The position numbers were made by a program, and so were the translations under genes. From Candidatus Latescibacterota bacterium (GTDB lineage: Bacteria > Latescibacterota > UBA2968), in the NCBI GenBank assembly GCA_965116885.1, contig OZ220741.1, positions 4,608,001 through 4,672,000 on the forward strand: DNA of 64,000 bases. The letters run 5' to 3'. The number at the start of each line of letters is the position of its first letter. Position 1 is the first letter of the stretch. Below are positions 60,929 to 64,000 of this stretch, piece after piece. The notes below the pieces were generated by a model. That model did not search any database. It saw only the letters and a list, made by a program, of their open reading frames with translations, and was not told where the DNA came from.

Positions 60929-62038
60929 TTATTGAAAATCTCCTCTTTCTTCAGCAATTTCGATGGGTTCAAAATATGCATATAGAGCCGCACGCCGTCC
61001 GTGAGCAAACGATATTTCTCTTAACATATTATCTTGAACTTTGTGTATTATATCTGCGGCAGTTGTTCTTGAAATTTTTAGCCCTTTAGCGATATCAGAT
61101 ATTGAAAAAACAGGTTGGGCGAATATAAAATCGAGAGTCTGGATGGCATACCGAGATGAGGTCTTTTTGCTGATCCACGATTTGCGTTTTTCGTACAATT
61201 CCATGATTGACCGTGCTTTGCGTGTATTCTCTCGCGCTTGGGCTGTAAGAGCTTTAAGGAAAAAGGCGCACCACCCAGTCCAATCGTCGTCTTGTGACAC
61301 AGCCAACAGATGATCATAGTAAACTTCTCTTTTTGCCTCAAGATATTCGCTAATATAAAAATCTGGCGAATTGAGAATTTTTCTCTCAAGAAGAAAGAGA
61401 GGTACTAACATGCGGCCTATGCGACCATTTCCGTCCAAAAATGGATGCAACGCTTCAAATTCTGCGTGTGCTATGGCAAGCTGTACAAGCATGTCCCATC
61501 TGCCATTACTATTAAGAAACTTTTCCCATTTAGTCATGCCATCTTCCAATTTGTCGGGGGTCATAGGAATAAATTTAGCTGTCTCTTTTGTGCAACCGGG
61601 CGCACCTATAAAATTAGGTATTCTTTTGTAGTTTCCTGGGTCTTTATTTGTCCCGCGAACACCTTCCATTAAAATAGCATGTGCTTCTTTAAGCAATCGG
61701 CCACATAAAGGCAACTCGTCCATTCGATTAACGGTGTGCAAAACTGCATTGCGATAGTTTAAGACTTCTTTTATTTCACTGACCTTCTCGCCAACACGGT
61801 TTCCTTCTGCTTCGTATTTTAAAACCTCGCCAAGCGTCACTTCAGTGCCTTCAATTCGATTGGTCAACACCGCTTCTTGGACCGTAAGCGGCACAAGCAA
61901 CGTATGTGGGTTAGGCATAACATCAAGAAGCCCCTTAAACTCACCTAAAGCTGAATGGGCAGGGCCAATCAGTAATTGCAGTCGTTCCCAGTCAAGATTC
62001 TTGGGTGGAAATTTCCCATAGTGGTATTCTATTGGCAT
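60929..62038 (-). CDS. Fic family protein
   Basis: HPFLDGNGRIGR; EAVLTNRIEG N-terminal motif; C-terminal HTH. Confidence 0.93.
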   Translation of the reverse strand: MPIEYHYGKFPPKNLDWERLQLLIGPAHSALGEFKGLLDVMPNPHTLLVPLTVQEAVLTNRIEGTEVTLGEVLKYEAEGNRVGEKVSEIKEVLNYRNAVLHTVNRMDELPLCGRLLKEAHAILMEGVRGTNKDPGNYKRIPNFIGAPGCTKETAKFIPMTPDKLEDGMTKWEKFLNSNGRWDMLVQLAIAHAEFEALHPFLDGNGRIGRMLVPLFLLERKILNSPDFYISEYLEAKREVYYDHLLAVSQDDDWTGWCAFFLKALTAQARENTRKARSIMELYEKRKSWISKKTSSRYAIQTLDFIFAQPVFSISDIAKGLKISRTTAADIIHKVQDNMLREISFAHGRRAALYAYFEPIEIAEERGDFQ

Positions 62039-62330
62039 TTCTGACCCTCCTTATTTATAGCAGTGATTATACGAGGAAAAATATGTGTAATTTGATACAT
62101 TGTCAACTCCCAAAAAGCAAAAAAACACTTCCCAAATAGGCAGTAAAATCGCTTGGTTTGAGAGGGTTACGAAGTTATCTTAATGGAAATCGTAGCCCTT
62201 ATTTTTATGTGTAATGAGGGATAAAAAAGTAGAGCTTGTGTTCTACCCAAACACAAGCCCTAAATACTCAATCAAAATGGGGTAACTCCAGTTTTATACA
62301 CCAAAATGAGTCAAGTCTGATTTATTTTAT

Positions 62331-62804
62331 TCAGCTATCAAGTCCTGATAGTACGCCCCTCTCATAGCAGGCACTTTGACCTGGATATTGCTCCTTGATC
62401 ATTTGCCAAAACTTCCTTCTTTGTCTCTCCTCGCTCTTAACTTGGAATAACGACTGCAACCGATAGACAGTCAGGAAATCCAGTCTTGGATCTGAGTCAT
62501 CTATCTTCAAGATAAAGTCTTTAATTTTCTCATCCAGTTCGAGCAACTGTAAAATCAAGCGGGTTTTCGTTCTCGAAATGCCCACCTGCTTTGCAAGTGC
62601 TGTCTGAGATTGAACATAGCCCTTATCAAGAAGCTCGTGATAATACAAAGCTCTTTTGAGATAATTGGGATGGTGCAGTTTTTGAGTGACCACTTGTTTT
62701 TGTGGCTTATGACCGATAGCGATTATAGGCTTCTGGTTCCTGCGGAAGTGGTGGATGGGGAAGTGATCCCACACACAGAAACGTTCAGTGAATGGTGCAG
62801 ACGG
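62331..62804 (-). CDS. Detached C-terminal part of the serine recombinase, int(C), with HTH
   Basis: Reading frame open up to the att core; ALYYHELLDKGYVQSQTALAKQVGISRTKTRLILQLL; in frame with int(N) across GCTACCAA. Confidence 0.75.
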   Translation of the reverse strand, partial: PSAPFTERFCVWDHFPIHHFRRNQKPIIAIGHKPQKQVVTQKLHHPNYLKRALYYHELLDKGYVQSQTALAKQVGISRTKTRLILQLLELDEKIKDFILKIDDSDPRLDFLTVYRLQSLFQVKSEERQRRKFWQMIKEQYPGQSACYERGVLSGLDS

Positions 62805-62826
62805 GCTACCAAAAAATAAGGGAACC
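62776..62826. other. Right attachment site (element arm CAGAAACGTTCAGTGAATGGTGCA + GCTACCAA core + host arm)
   Basis: Inverted similarity to 21172-21194; core identical to 21163-21170. Confidence 0.8.
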
Positions 62827-62850
62827 GAAATTTTCGGTTCCCTTTTATTT
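62814..62850. terminator. Bidirectional intrinsic terminator, probably the original tRNA-fMet terminator
   Basis: AAGGGAACCGAAA-T-TTTCGGTTCCCTT followed by TTATTT, immediately after the ...GCTACCA core. Confidence 0.85.
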
Positions 62851-62871
62851 CATCTCCTCATCTCATCTACA

Positions 62872-63249
62872 TCAGGCATCGAGCAAGGATCGAAACGCAG
62901 CTTTGAAATTGTGTGGTGCGCTCCGCCAGAGTTGAATCCCCTCAATAATATCATCGGTTTCCGATTTGAATATCGGCTGCAATGCTTTCCTCAGTTCGGC
63001 GACCTGTATTGTTTCCTGGCCGGTTTTTTGATCCGCCAACAAATCTTCGACACTTCTGCCCAACACATCTGCAATTTTTGCCAACACGGGAATTGATCCG
63101 CGCTGCTTGCCCTTTCGAATATCGCTAAAATAGGGCGCACTAATCCCAACCATTTTGGCGATCTCCTGGCCCTGTAAACCCGATTCGCGTTGCCAGCGCT
63201 GAATCTTCTCACCCGCTATTTGTTTATCATAAAGCTCCCGCCTTGTCAT
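62872..63249 (-). CDS. XRE-family HTH regulator
   Basis: GLQGQEIAKMVGISAPYFSDIRKGK...LAKIADVLG. Confidence 0.85.
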   Translation of the reverse strand: MTRRELYDKQIAGEKIQRWQRESGLQGQEIAKMVGISAPYFSDIRKGKQRGSIPVLAKIADVLGRSVEDLLADQKTGQETIQVAELRKALQPIFKSETDDIIEGIQLWRSAPHNFKAAFRSLLDA

Positions 63250-63264
63250 GCATACACTCCTTTT

Positions 63265-63999
63265 TTAGTGAGAATGCTTCTCTACCTCCACCAACCACGC
63301 AATATCATTCAGGTCGTGAAACGCGATAACCTCGGCTCCAATGCCACACGCACCGAGATTGGATGCGATACTATCTCGCGTCCACCTTGCAGACCAAAAA
63401 CCCTCAGCAGTCGCAACAAATCGCGACCCCAGAGGCGTTACAACGCGCTGCCCTGTATGCACGTAGAAATCGACCTGCGCAGCTTCTGTTTCCGGCACAT
63501 CCTTGTACATGGTGAAAAATGCGGAACCGCCGATTTTCAGAGCGCGATAAAAACGAGAAATCGTCTGAATAAACCGCGGATTGCGGTCGAGATAGGCGTC
63601 GTTGTACAGGCTGAGGTCATCGGATTTATCCCTGATATTGCCCGGAGTAAAATACAGACAGAAAACGAGGTCGTAAAACTCTTCCTCAACCACTGCCTCA
63701 GCGGCATCGCCTATAAATATCTGTGCGTTGTCAATGCGTTCTTTTTTCCACAGCGCGTGTGCGTCTTCAGCCATTTCGGGCGATATTTCAAAGCCGTGGT
63801 ACAAAAGACAGTGCTGCGCAAATAGAACGGCGTGATAGCCATTACCACACCCGATATCCGCAATTTTGTATGAGCCATGCCGAAGTCGCTCGCTGAGTAT
63901 CTCGTCTTGTATCTGCCGAGCCTCTCTAATCGGCTCGGGACAATAAGACGACTCAAGCGCGCGCTTGACGGCTTCATTTTCGAATTCCAGCGATATATT
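63265..63999 (-). CDS. Class I SAM-dependent methyltransferase (5' end outside the window)
   Basis: Frame open to the window edge; IADIGCGNG motif I upstream of the ORF-track start; GFEIS, GDA. Confidence 0.8.
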   Translation of the reverse strand, partial: NISLEFENEAVKRALESSYCPEPIREARQIQDEILSERLRHGSYKIADIGCGNGYHAVLFAQHCLLYHGFEISPEMAEDAHALWKKERIDNAQIFIGDAAEAVVEEEFYDLVFCLYFTPGNIRDKSDDLSLYNDAYLDRNPRFIQTISRFYRALKIGGSAFFTMYKDVPETEAAQVDFYVHTGQRVVTPLGSRFVATAEGFWSARWTRDSIASNLGACGIGAEVIAFHDLNDIAWLVEVEKHSH

Positions 64000-64000
64000 G

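Noticed and set aside
42917..62290. Integron attC cassettes or composite transposons defined by GGAGTTACCCC repeats
   Set aside because: The repeats match IS3-type termini linked to orfA/orfB relics; there is no integron integrase and no TSD for any long-range pairing
62331..62774. int(C) as an independently translated gene from GTG 62774
   Set aside because: No Shine-Dalgarno upstream and the frame stays open to the att core; independent expression is not excluded but is unsupported

Overview
Bacterial chromosomal window in three parts. (1) Positions 1-21.1 kb hold housekeeping genes: an SDR, an M16 peptidase pair, a heterodimeric ABC exporter, an rnhB-yraN fusion, hisS, aspS, a LysM protein, phoH-7TM/HD-ybeY-corC and an initiator tRNA-Met. 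(2) A ~41.6 kb integrated element (21163-62812) sits at the 3' end of tRNA-fMet. It is bounded by only an 8-bp direct repeat (GCTACCAA), and the apparent native tRNA terminator lies at its far end. (3) Host genes resume after 62.8 kb. The main finding is that the attP site of the element's large serine recombinase lies inside the recombinase gene. Integration splits the gene into int(N) at the left end, which finishes with a tail read from the antisense tRNA, and an HTH-bearing int(C) at the right end. The two parts rejoin exactly in frame in the reconstructed excised circle. The element backbone has an HTH Rep-like protein, a Rad52/Sak-like annealase, RadC, a SWIM protein, an RHH protein, an MTase-HNH fusion and a HicBA-like pair, with no recognisable capsid, terminase, relaxase or T4SS gene. 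Cargo includes surface proteins with eukaryote-like domains (cadherin/FN3/M8 protease; LRR/FG-GAP) behind mirrored sigma-54 promoters, secreted HNH nucleases, and FRG, Fic and PD-(D/E)xK proteins. It also carries many IS3-type end relics, a MITE that recurs 18 bp inside IS3 ends, and duplicated ncRNA candidates. The domain repertoire suggests a host-associated (e.g. sponge-symbiont-like) bacterium; this is inference only. All calls were made by eye, with no database searches.
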